From Lingula anatina (lineage: Eukaryota > Animalia > Brachiopoda): DNA of 64,000 nucleotides. Made by a program: the position numbers and the translations under genes. The notes beneath the pieces were generated by a model. That model did no database searches. It saw only the letters and a program-made list of their open reading frames with translations, and was not told the origin of the DNA. The first letter of the stretch is position 1. The number at the start of each line of letters is the position of its first letter. The stretch covers positions 5,890,001 to 5,954,000 of the forward strand of contig CM120647.1 in assembly GCA_051362555.1 (NCBI GenBank). The letters are read 5' to 3'. Positions 35,021 to 46,104 of the stretch are shown piece after piece.

Positions 35021-38000
35021 TTATGAAAACAAGTCCAAATCAGCTTCAGATTGAGATGTCTGGCTTTCAATATACTTCATAATGTCATCTGTACCCATAT
35101 CTGAAGACACATCCGGAGCAGAAAATAAATCCTCCTCTTTGGAAGCTGACAACTGTGGCTTCGAATCTGCTCCTGGCTTTGGCTTTGCTGGTAAAACTGG
35201 CTTTGTATTCTTGGCCACAGATGGTTTGGATGCTATGGCTGGTTTGGTTGCTACTGCTGGTTTGGTTGCTAATGCTGGTTTGGTTGCTAAGGATGGTTTG
35301 GTTGCTATATCTGGTTTTGGCTTTGGTTTTTTGGAGCTTACTTTCATCAACTGATCAAGATCGTCTTCAATGCTGCAATAAAAAAACTAGATGGAATGCT
35401 CGAAAAAGTTCAGTGATAACAGTCTATTTTTGTTTGCACACATAATTATCTGCGCTTGGAACATTTCTTAATATTAAATAATTTAGTTATAATGACTGGC
35501 CAGTCACAGAAATCCGCCATGTATTCCTTTACATTTCAAAAGGAAATACAGACATCAGGTATATAAATTTGAGGAGTCTGAGCAATTATAACACCTGCAC
35601 TGGGCATTTTCAAACACAAACAACATATCTTTCACACTAAGGATAAGATCTTTATGGGGAGATTTAATTCTGACTTTTTGGGAGCCAAAAGTATAATTTC
35701 CTTGGCAACCCCATAGATCCCATACCGTTTTTTACGACTTGTTCACTGAATGGTAGTCTCATCCCTGTAACTCACTTTAATAAATCTGAATTATCCTCAA
35801 CTATCGTCTGCTGAGGAGTGACCTTGACCTCTGCACCTGCCACCAAAAATAGGTCGTCTGCTTCACCTTCTATAATGCCACCTCCAAGGTCTGGGTCTTC
35901 AAATAATTTGTTTGACTCTATAGATTAAAAAAAATTAATGAGAGAGTCAAAAGATTAATGCTTATTGTAAAATGAAATTGAGAATCTAACTTCCAGAAAT
36001 GCTGAAGAGGGTGAGGAAAGTTAAAATTTACTCATGCCACAGAACCACTGTGAAAATTATCAAATCGAGCTGGTTTTCAAACAAGGACTGTATACTGGTA
36101 CTACTTATCATTCCTTAACTTTATTTATTTATTTTTTTTTTTTTTGAAGGGGGGGGGGGTTGGGGAGAGTTACGAGATTAGTTAAAATCTGTACCTTCGG
36201 TGTCTGCTGCAGTATCAGAGAACAAATCTGAATCAGTGTTCTTCCTTCCAGGCTGATTCCCAAACAACTCATCTTCCTCGTCTTCCTCATCTTCTTCTCC
36301 AAACAGTCCTTGTCTTTGTGACTCGGAATCTTCACTGAAAGTATGATGTTTCTCATTAGAAATTATTTTGTTTTACCGCGATTTTGCGATGTTGAACAGA
36401 TAGTCCTCATTAACCCATACTGTCTTTTTTAAGTAACACAGTGAAAAATTTATGCTTTAGTTAAAGCATTTTTAACATGTGCTTTATTTTAATGCAGTAT
36501 GTAAAAAAGTATATCAAATTTAAAGTACTAGGAGTTACAACACAAGTTGTCCACTGTATGTGACATAGAAGAGTGTATTCAGGCGCATACTTGTAACTGA
36601 CTTATCCCACTACTGCCATTTGGAAAAATAGGATAAATGCATCGAAGCATAAGAACATACAGGTGAGTGTGTATGCGAAATACTAGTGCAAGTATCCTAT
36701 TGCTCGAAGCACTGGCTGTGTGATAATTATATTTAAATAATAAACTGAACTTCACATACTTTACAGCTGTATCTTCTTCCTCTTCGGCCTCTTGTTTGCC
36801 CTCCTCTCCTACCCCCTTCATTTCACCCTTTCTGTACTTCCCTGCCTTGATGGAATTCACTCCTATATTAATAAAAAAATCAAAATTCCATAATTATTTT
36901 TATAAATAAGAGCTGAAATTTAACTCAAACAAACAAACAAAAAAAAAAGATGACAATGAAGATTTTTTTGTTTTTAGTTTTAAATTTTGAAAATTTGGAC
37001 CAGAATAAGCAGCTATAATTAAAGGGATAATAACTCTTCGTATGAGACCTATATTTCACAATAAAAACCTTGAAAATAACTCATAGAAATATAATATATT
37101 CTGATTTACCACAAAAACAGCAGTTATAGCTTTTATTCTGATATTTGAACTTGTCTTTAGACCACGTGACTTCCATTGATGTCTATACTCTGTTAAAATC
37201 TCTTAAGAGATTTTAACAAAAAACCAAACTTTTTAGAAAAAAACCAGGGACTAACTTTGAATGTAAAAATGGATTCATTAACCATTGGTAAGTATGGGAA
37301 AATTGTTGTTTACTCCAGGAAAATTCATTTTTTGGCCGAAACGAAGAGTTATTATTGCTTTAAGTTAAATGAAAATGGTCCCCAATGTCCAAAACACTAT
37401 ACACATAGGTGAACTTAAAACCAAGAACAAAGTCATTCATTTCAGCCTAGGAGCTACCAAATATATGCTCTGATCCATCTCCAGGTGCATACAACTTCAT
37501 TATTCTTTATAATGAACAACTTGCAACACATACAACTATAACCAAAGAGGCAATATAATCAGTCATGAAAGGGAAGTCCTCAAATTGATAAACCTTAGAT
37601 AAAATTGAGAGTTGACAGATGACAAATCGCTTGAAGAGGTTGTCGCTGGGGTTTCTGAATCCAGGCCCCAGTTTTTACAAAAAAAAAAAAAAAAAATCAG
37701 TTCCCTGACTTAAGGTGCATTCCCATAGATTTTAGATTGATCTATCCCCGGGGGAGTCTCACTAGATAACTGTCAGATAATCCAGCTTAAATGTCCGTCC
37801 CGCCTACTACAAGCTGTAAGAGGGTAATTAACTTTTGTGCCTGCTCGGCTGACAGCTATTTAGCGTGAACCCCCAGGGAGTTAGGTCGATCTAGTTGGTT
37901 GGATAGGATTTCCATGAGAGAGCTGTTACACTACTCCTGATAGGGTAAGATGTGCCCATGTGACCTTGTAACCTTGGCAATTTACACCCCATTTCCATAG

Positions 38001-39788
38001 ATTAGATAGACCTAATTTAGATCGACCTAACTCCCTGGGGGTTCACTCTAAATAGCTGTCACCCGGGCGGACACGAAAGTTAATTACCCCCTTACAGCTT
38101 GTAGTAGGCGGGACGGACATTTAAGTCGGATTATCTGAAAGTAATCTAGTGAGACTCCCCGCGGGGATAGATCGATCTAAAATCTATGGGAATAGAGCCT
38201 AAGTCTTTCCTCACCTAAAAACTCCAGCAAAATGGGGGAGGTACATAACTTTGGAGTCTGAGCTAAAAACTTCAGCAGCCCGTCCAGCTTCACCCTTCTC
38301 TCTGTAATGGCACTGTCGTTCATGAGAACCTTTTTACCAGGCAACGGAGGAAGGGCAGTGCCGGAAAAACACTGGTCCAGTTTTTCATACATCTCTTCAA
38401 AATCTTTGAACAACTTTGGAATCTGAAAAAAAATACACAATAACTAACCATGTATTGGATAATACTTTCATTTTTTTTCTATTATTTAAAAAAAATCCCT
38501 GAATTCAGAGGGCAGGATTTTCAATACACAATAACTAACCATGTATTGGATAATACTTTTATTTTTTTCTTTCTATTATTAAAAAAAATCCCTAAATTCA
38601 GAGGGTAGGATTTTCAATACACAATAACTAACCATGTATGGGATAATACTTTCATTTTTTTTTCTATTATTTAAAAAAAATCCCTGAATTCAGAGGCGAG
38701 GATTTTCAATACACAATAACTAACCATGTACTGGATAATACTTTCATTTTTTTTTTCTATTATTTAAAAAAAATCCCTGAATTCAGAGGCGAGGATTTTC
38801 AATACACAATAACTAACAATGTATTGGATAATACTTTCATTTTTTTTTTTCTATCATTTAAAAAAAATCCCTGAATTCAGAGGCGAGGATTTTCAATACA
38901 CAATAACTAACCATGTACTGGACAACATCTGTCTCTCGGTGCTTCGGAGACTTGAAAAAATGCAGCTCGGACACCACAACCACATGGTACTCTACCGTGC
39001 TTCGTATTAAACCGGGGATGACTTTGTGCGTTGGAACACTCAGGTCGAGGCCCGTGTCTTTGTTCTTTAACTCTCTACAAAAGAGGCAAAAAGATGGTTA
39101 TGGTAATAAAGAAGAGAAAATAAAATTAGCATGCTGTAATGCAGAAAGATGGAAAGAACAATTAAGACAGCAAAGCTGACAAATGTGCAGACATAAAAAA
39201 GACAGAATTAAGTTCACACAGAGAAATGAAAACAGATAGTGTTGAGAGAGAGAGAGAGAGAGAGAATCTAGTGCCAGTGCACAGTGAACAGATTTATGTA
39301 CAACTCAGCATTTGTGTATCCTTGTATACTAATATTAGCCCCTAGTCACAGGAAAATATCATTAAACTTCACTACAACGTATTTTGAGAATGACAAAATT
39401 TTAAAATCAATTCAGTTAAGATTTGAGAGGGACAGTCGATGATCGACTTGGAGTAGATGTTATTTTACTGACAACTGAATTCTTCAGTGTTAAACCTGCT
39501 GAATCTGTATGACCGTATATTTATTGAGTGCAACTCTTAAGCCACACCAAAGTATCTGTAATTCGTCTTCGAAAGTCAAATAAGGAATGAAATAAGTTTC
39601 CTTTAAAACCGTTTCCACCAAAAGTACTACTTGTACATGTTGCAGTAACTTTAGACTGTCCCCTCAGAATGTTTGGAAATTGTGCTTTTAGAATCTGATA
39701 CCAAAATCCTTTAACTGAGTATCTTATATAAAAGAATGCATATAAACTGCAACTAAAATCACCTTACTGTTACAGTTGCTTGTGGCAT
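35021..39788 (-). CDS. HS1BP3: HCLS1-binding protein 3 (PX domain), ~377 aa, 7 coding exons
   Basis: Motifs TGLDLSVP..VEYHVVVVS..FKSPKHRETDVVQY, LPPLPGK..ERR..SPILLEFLG, LFEDPDLGG, IEDDLDQL and DIMKYI..LF* match HS1BP3 as I recall it. Exons (minus strand): 39788-39763, 39074-38912, 38422-38215, 36862-36760, 36334-36195, 35917-35776, 35372-35021. The total is 1134 nt, in phase. Confidence 0.93.
37023..37359. mobile_element. TTAA-flanked MITE with AG...CT ends (Kolobok-like); a second, inverted copy lies at 45770-46104
   Basis: ttaa|agggataataactcttcgt ... acgaagagttattattgct|ttaa. The internal sequence is shared with 45770-46104 in reverse orientation. Confidence 0.75.
37714..38199. mobile_element. 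Two inverted copies of a ~205-bp PIF/Harbinger-like MITE (family A)
   Basis: ggtgcattcccatagat...gagtctcactagat...cttaaatgtccgtcccgcctactacaagctgtaag at 37714-37920, with its reverse complement at ~37985-38199. Further copies are at 44921-45129 and 61033-61238, and diverged ones at ~34775-34975 and ~40648-40866. Flanks are TAA/TTA/TAG-type. Confidence 0.75.
38433..38925 (-). repeat. ~92-bp tandem repeat (5+ units) forming almost the whole HS1BP3 intron, each unit carrying the exon end and donor
   Basis: tacacaataactaac(c)atgta(t/c)tgga occurs at 38434, 38525, 38618, 38710, 38803 and 38897. On the minus strand this reads ...tccagtacatg|GTTAGTTATT. Confidence 0.92.
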
Positions 39789-40094
39789 TTCTGTGATGTA
39801 GTAATGAAACTAACTTTCTTCAACTACTGCATGGTAAATGGCAAACATCACTTGACCTACTTTCCCCCCTCCTTCTCTCGTGACCTTGACCCGCCCCTCG
39901 ACATTACCACATTTTTTGGGCTTTTTGATTATTACTGAGAATGTATTATCTTCAGTTACACAATATGGAGAGTTGAATTTTAATTTTGAATAAAATATAT
40001 TACAAATTATTGTTAGTTGACACACTCTGGTAAAAAAAGGAAAACGTGCTATACAGAAATAGTTCCCATAATGCCACAGTGCTGTAACGCCAAG
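39789..40094. promoter_or_regulatory. Probable bidirectional promoter region between HS1BP3 and UQCRB
   Basis: The divergent start codons are only 306 bp apart. A YY1-like CAAGATGGC overlaps the UQCRB ATG. Confidence 0.65.
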
Positions 40095-43000
40095 ATGGCT
40101 GCTAACAAACTGATGTCAGCGGTGGCGAAGTTGGCCCCTCGGGCTGTTCAGGGAGGGGCTAAGCCAACTTCGATGATACCAAATATGAAAATAGGTACCC
40201 CTTGGGCAGGGCTTAAAACTAGAGGGGAACTAGTAGAAGCAGGGCTTATGGGTAGGTTAATGAACACGACAAATAAAAATACACATCCGACACGAATCTA
40301 GCTCGTAGTGTAACATGTAGTAAATGAAAAAAATGATGCATTCTCTAACTCAGAAGCACAATGGAGATTTGTCACTTATCACTCCCAAGGTTAGTAATCA
40401 CTTTAAGAATACTTGTTAGAGAATGGTGTTTTAGTTATTCGGTCGAGAACTGGTGAGACAGGAATGGAAGTCCTGGGTCCCATATATATGAATGGGACCT
40501 GTCAGGGTTAGTCAGAATATCGGGGTCAATATATGACACGAATGTCACCTGTACAAAGTCATGGGGAAGGGACTTCAGTTCCTTGTGGACTTCCATTCCT
40601 GTCAAACTGGCATTACATGCTAGGTGTCCGTAGCGTAACTAAAACTAGGTTCCCATAAATCTGTCGTACTAGCAAGATGGATCTTACTCCGAGGGGATGC
40701 TCTCTAAGTTGCAGTCAGTTTAAGTGGCTTAAATGCCCGTCAACCCGCTGAACATGCTAGGGGGATAATTAACTTTTGTGCACACTTAAACTGAGGACAA
40801 TTCAGTGAGAATCCCCTCGGAGATAGATCAATCCTGCTAGTACAATAGAGTTATGGGAATGGTCCCTAAAACCTTCCCCTGCTCAGTGTTTCAAACTCTA
40901 GTAGCTTCCTATACACATCCACTTCCTTAAAAAAGACGTTTACTTTTGTCATCCTTTGCATCTTTGTACAATATAATTTGCATTGAAAGTTTGTTTCTGT
41001 GTCTGTTTTGGCACCAGCTTAATAAAGTCTTTTTATTCCCGACCAGCTGAACAGCACTTTGCCTCAGTTTTGTGGTAAGTGATCTGTTCCTCTACTAGTT
41101 ATGCTACCATTAAATTACATCTACCTATCAAAAAGGAGCAATAACAGGCTAACAAATGTGAGAACTAGTTTTGAAATATTCTTTTTCAGATGAATCGGAG
41201 CTCTCTGAACAGCACAAGAATGTGTTTAACTTTTCATATTTCCCAGAAGTTGGTAAGTAAAAGCAGGGATAGAAAGTGATTTTTTTTTTTTTTTTAGCTT
41301 AAGCACCATTTTGTACTGAACGCTGCTTTATTCAACAACTGATCTCGCGTCATTACAAAAAGTGGCTTTTATACAACTTTCTTTTATTGCTATGATCTCG
41401 CACAGATTTTCTCCTGCAGGCCTGTGTTCTACCAACGTGCCAAAAGTTAATTGTTTCTAATTACATAAATACGTTGTCGGGAGTGTCTCTTGAACTCCAG
41501 GCACTCCCAACAATTTTGCCATTGGTTGACAAACATGGTAGCAGTACAAAAAAGATGTAGCAAAACTTACTTTAAAGTTGAAATTTTAGCTTCAGTGAAT
41601 ATATTTAGAAATTATTTTGAGATCATTTGGTGCCGAGTCTGGTAGTTGGGTGGTCTTATGGCCCTGCAGAACATCTTCAGGCACTGAAATTCAGCATTGG
41701 ACTTTATAAACGAATTAGGTGTTTTCTAACTCCCAGCTTCAGATTTGTGAGTACCCAAATTAATGACTCCAACCGTGAATTAGCTACACCAACATTAAAT
41801 AACTTGCCATAATCACAGCTTATCAATATTAAAGATGCATACAAAGTCAATTTTTTTGTCACAAAAACCAACCAAATGCCAGCATATAGTTTCAAGTAGT
41901 ATAACTAAGAGAATTACCAAAAGGCATTGTTTAATTTTACCCATAAATGATGTTTTTCTGTTGGCATTCTATGCTGAATGTCAATGGGGCAGAAAAGTAG
42001 TTCATGAAAGTAGGTTAAATTTCCGACCAAAAATTTAAAGAAAGGAGCAGTCTAAAGGTTTTTTATGGCTGATCGTGTGATCTATTCAGTTTATCCCTTG
42101 GCATGTCGAAATTATTTGAGTCGTATAAGAAACTAGTAGAAGTGGTTTACATGTGTTACTGGGAATCCACGCTCCACCGATGCTCGGTTCGTATGTTCCT
42201 TTAAGAAATATTACATGTGTTTAAAGGTACATATGAACCGAGCATCGGTGGAGCTTGGATTCTCAGTAACACATGACACATTTGACATGCGAAGGGATAA
42301 ACTGAATAGATCACTGGTTCAGCCGTAAAAGAGCTTAAAGCTGATCCTTTCGTTAAATTTTTGGTCAAAAATTTAACCTTAGTTATGCAACTTGAAACTA
42401 TATGCTGGCATTTAGTCGACTTATGTGACAAAAAGTTGACTTGATATGTATCTTTAAGTGATTGGTAGGTAATATTTCCCAATATCTCCAGGACTTAAGA
42501 AGGATGGCCATTTTCTTTTCTTTTAAATAATTGTATCCTATATTTTAAAATAAGTGCAGGACTTATATGGGATGACAATTTTCTTTTTATGTACAGACAC
42601 AGATGTGTCTGTACATATTGCCATCACCTGCGTCTGTCGTCGCCGATGCCGTCGCCGATGCCGATGCCGGCGCCGTGCACTTTCAGCGTTAACACTATAA
42701 GTGGAAGACAGTTTTACTTTTTGGCTTTATATTTACAGAGCTGGCTAATATTCATAAAACGCAGGTCAAGTTCGAAAATCAGCATGATCGGGCCATTATT
42801 GTAGAATTTATGCTGTTTTTTCACTTTTTAGCATATATGCAACACTGTTAACACATTTCAAGGAAAACCGATAGGCCTGTTGTCATGAAACTCACAGGAG
42901 TAATCAATCTTACTAAAACGCAGATCAAGTTCGAAAATCGTCATGATCGGGCCACTATTTTAGTAGTTATGCTGTTTTTTTTCACTTTTCAGCATATGTG

Positions 43001-45257
43001 CAACACTGTTAACACATTTCAAGGAAAACCGATAGACCTGTTGTCATGAAACTCACAGGAGTAATCAATCTTACTAAAACGTAGGTCAAGTTCGAAAATC
43101 AGCATAATCGGGCCATTATTTTTTAAGTTATGCTGTTTTTTCACATTTCTTCAGATTCAATTCTTAGGCATGTTAACAGTCTCATTATTTAATTAATAAG
43201 ATATGTAAAAGTGTTTGTTTGACATTTCCTGCATCTTTACAACATTGTTAGTTGATTATGTAAAAATGATGGTAAACTTGTTATCGTGTATTGTGTAATA
43301 AAGTGTCAAAAATGGAAATAAACTCATATCATTGCAGTTTGTAAGATTCAATCATTCATTATGTTCAGAAACTCAAAATGGAGGAAATTGGACATTTGAC
43401 ACTGTTCTATTGATATTTTTCACATCTCATCAACTTTCTTAGTTGATCATATAAAAATGTCAGTAAACTGTTAATTTTGTTTTATGTTAAAAAATTGTTA
43501 AAAATGGAAAAAAATGCATTTCAGGACAGTACTGTCTTGTCTACATTTTGGCATTTTCAAGGTGTGACTTTGAAGTTCCATGGGCCTGAAGACCTTTGCT
43601 AGTCACATTTTCTGAATATCCATGATACTAATATTTTATTATTAAAAATTGATGGTTATTATCCTGTTAAAAATTATGTAATATTGCATCAAAATTTGAA
43701 GAAACCCCTATTTTGGACACTGCTCCCTTGATGACCATTTAAGGAAAACCATGTCACTTACTGTTCTCAAACTTACAGGAAAGAAACATGGGACTAAAAT
43801 ACAGTTTCATTAGGCAGTGCAGTCTATTTGGTAAATTTTTCTGGCAGTTAATCAGTTTTTTGTGAAAATTTAATTTTTCACATATTGGCAATTTGAAGGT
43901 GTGACTTAGAACCACCTTGGGCTTGAAGACCCATGCTAGTCACATTTTCTGAAAATCCACGATACATATATTTTATTATTAAAAACTGATGGTCTTTATG
44001 CTGTTAAGCATTATGAAATATTGCATCAAAATAGAAGAAAACACAATTTTGGGTATTGCTGCCATGATGACCATCATGGGAAAACCATATTACTTATGAT
44101 TGTCAAACTTTTAAAAAAGAAACACAGGACTAAAATGCAGCTTGAGTTGGAAAAGCAGTCTAATTGACTTCTTTTTCTGGAAGTTTTACATTTTCAAAGT
44201 TTGAACTTGAACTCCCATGGGCCTGAAGCCTTATGCTTGTTACACATTTTACTTACATTGGTATTACCTGTTGAGCATAATTAAAATTTGATGTTGAATT
44301 TGCAGTTTAACATAATGTACTTTTACATCAGAATTAACAGTAGCCTATTTTGTTATTTCCTGCTTTTTGTCTGTACATTTGACAGCTTTGCTGCCTTGTC
44401 TTTTAAATAATTGTAATCCTATATCTGCAGGACTTATGTGGGACGACCTAGCATACGGCAGGGATCCAACTGTTCGAGAAGCTCTCAGACGCCTTCCCCC
44501 CGACGTACACGCGGCAAGAATGGTGCGCATTTCGCGTGCCCTCCTTTTGTCAGCGCAAAGGAAAGTTTTACCTGAAGAAGAGTGGACAACATTGGAAAGT
44601 GTATGTTTATATTTTCAGTATATATGAAGTTGCCCTTTTCCCAATATATGAGAATGAACATATGAACAGGGTGTGAACTTGTTTTTGAACATTTCAAATT
44701 ATTTTACCTCTTTTGGCGTATGGGAACATACCGCAATGTTTTCCTGCATGACTTTTGCGACATTATGGGCTTGTATGGGCAGTTTTTTTCTCTTATAAGT
44801 TAGTACTATAGGCTATGGTGTGGCAGTACCTTCATAATCGAAGCTTTCCACGGACGGAACCTTGCGTGTTCTTGAGTGTAGATCTAGCAGCTCTTTACAA
44901 AATCAAATTTGTAAGTTTTAGGGTGCATTCCCATAGATCGATCTATCCCCGTGGGGAGTCTCACTAGATTACTGTCAGATAATCCAGCTTAAATGTCCGT
45001 CCCTCCTACTACAAGCTGTAAGGGGGTAATTAACTTTAGTGCCCACTCGGCTGACAGCTATTTAGCTTGAACCCTCAGGGAGTTAGGTCGATCTAGTTGG
45101 ATCGATCTAATCTCTAAGAATGGGGTCTCAGATTTTTTTTCAATTTGTTTCATATTTTTAATTTTCCTTTTTGCAGGATATCCCATACATGGCCCCCTAC
45201 ATAGAGCAGGTTAAACGTGAAAAGGAGGAAATGAAGGAATGGAAGTCAAAGGATTGA
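40095..45257 (+). CDS. UQCRB: Cytochrome b-c1 complex subunit 7 (UQCRB/QCR7), ~137 aa, 4 exons
   Basis: GLMWDD..VREALRRLPPD..ARMVRISRALLLSAQRKVLPEEEWT..DIPYMAPYIEQVKREKEE matches the QCR7 family. Exons: 40095-40194, 41190-41252, 44431-44600, 45177-45257 (414 nt, in phase). Exon 1 is less certain than exons 2-4. Confidence 0.88.
40458..40602. mobile_element. Small inverted-repeat element in UQCRB intron 1
   Basis: Perfect 17-bp inverted repeat gacaggaatggaagtcc / ggacttccattcctgtc. Confidence 0.45.
41833..42453. mobile_element. Two tail-to-tail copies of a TTAA-flanked (Kolobok-like) MITE; a third copy lies at ~54610-54987
   Basis: ttaa|agatgcatac...cggttcgtatgttcct|ttaa (41833-42200) and the inverted, shorter ttaa|aggtacatatgaaccgagc...tatgtatct|ttaa (42225-42453). 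Confidence 0.75.
42586..44400 (+). mobile_element. Third copy of the HINE/Helentron-like family seen at 29661-32160, in UQCRB intron 2
   Basis: It has the same 5' hairpin, (GCCGAT)n, ~160-bp repeats and 3' end tgtctgtacatttgacagctttgctgccttgt. It ends 30 nt upstream of UQCRB exon 3. Confidence 0.8.
44921..45129. mobile_element. Harbinger-like MITE family A copy in UQCRB intron 3
   Basis: Closely similar to 37714-37920. Confidence 0.75.
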
Positions 45258-45769
45258 TCTTGGACCTTCAGTTGTTGATACAGTTGCCATGGATTTGGTT
45301 GCCATGGTTTTGGTTGCTATCGATGTGGTTGTCTTGGATCAGCAGCTGAAGAGTCATTAGTTAATTAATATTATTTAAGACAAAAGAAAAAAAAAGAGAG
45401 AACTTTGTTTAACCAGCACAGTTTGGTGTAGTTTGACAGCAAATATTCACCACTTTAAAATTCTAAAATTTTTTCTGTTTAAAAGGAAGCGATTCTTGCG
45501 CATGCCTTTTACCAGAGATGTGGTAGAATTTGATTATTTGGCTTAATCGGCGAAAAAGAGTTGATAGCTGTTCTGCAACCCTTGGGGGAAATGCGGGACG
45601 TATTTGCCAATTTAAAATAAATTGATCGTGTTGTACATATATATGCGTGTTGCTTTGTTGTATTTCTGCAGCTGTTCTACCACAAGAGCGTACTAGTAAG
45701 TTTCTGATGGACCGACCATACAACTGTTTTGTGACGTGTACTTTAAGACGAGAGCGTGGACGTGCTTAA

Positions 45770-46104
45770 AGTCATAATAACTCTTCGTTTTGGCCAAGAA
45801 TTGGATTTTCCTGGAGTAAACGGCAATTTTCCCTACTTACCAATAGTCAACGACCCCATTCCTGCATTCAATATTAGTCCAGGTTTTTTTTTCCTAAACG
45901 TTTGGTTTTTTGTTAAAATCTCTTAAGAGATTTTAACAGAGTATAGCCATCAATGGAGATCACGTGGTCTAAAGACAAGCTCAGATATCAGAATAATAGC
46001 TAGAACTGCCGTTTTTGTGGTAAAACAATATATTATATTTCTATGAGTTATTCACAATGTTTTTATTGTGAAATATAGATCTCATACGAAGAGTTATTAT
46101 CCCT
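45770..46104. mobile_element. Kolobok-like TTAA MITE (inverted copy of 37023-37359)
   Basis: ttaa|agtcataataactcttcgt ... acgaagagttattatccct|ttaa. Confidence 0.75.

Noticed and set aside
45282-45325. Three GTTGC(C/T)AT repeats (RFX half-site-like) after the UQCRB stop
   Set aside because: This is a short 14-bp tandem repeat in a 3' UTR with incomplete palindromes and no promoter context.
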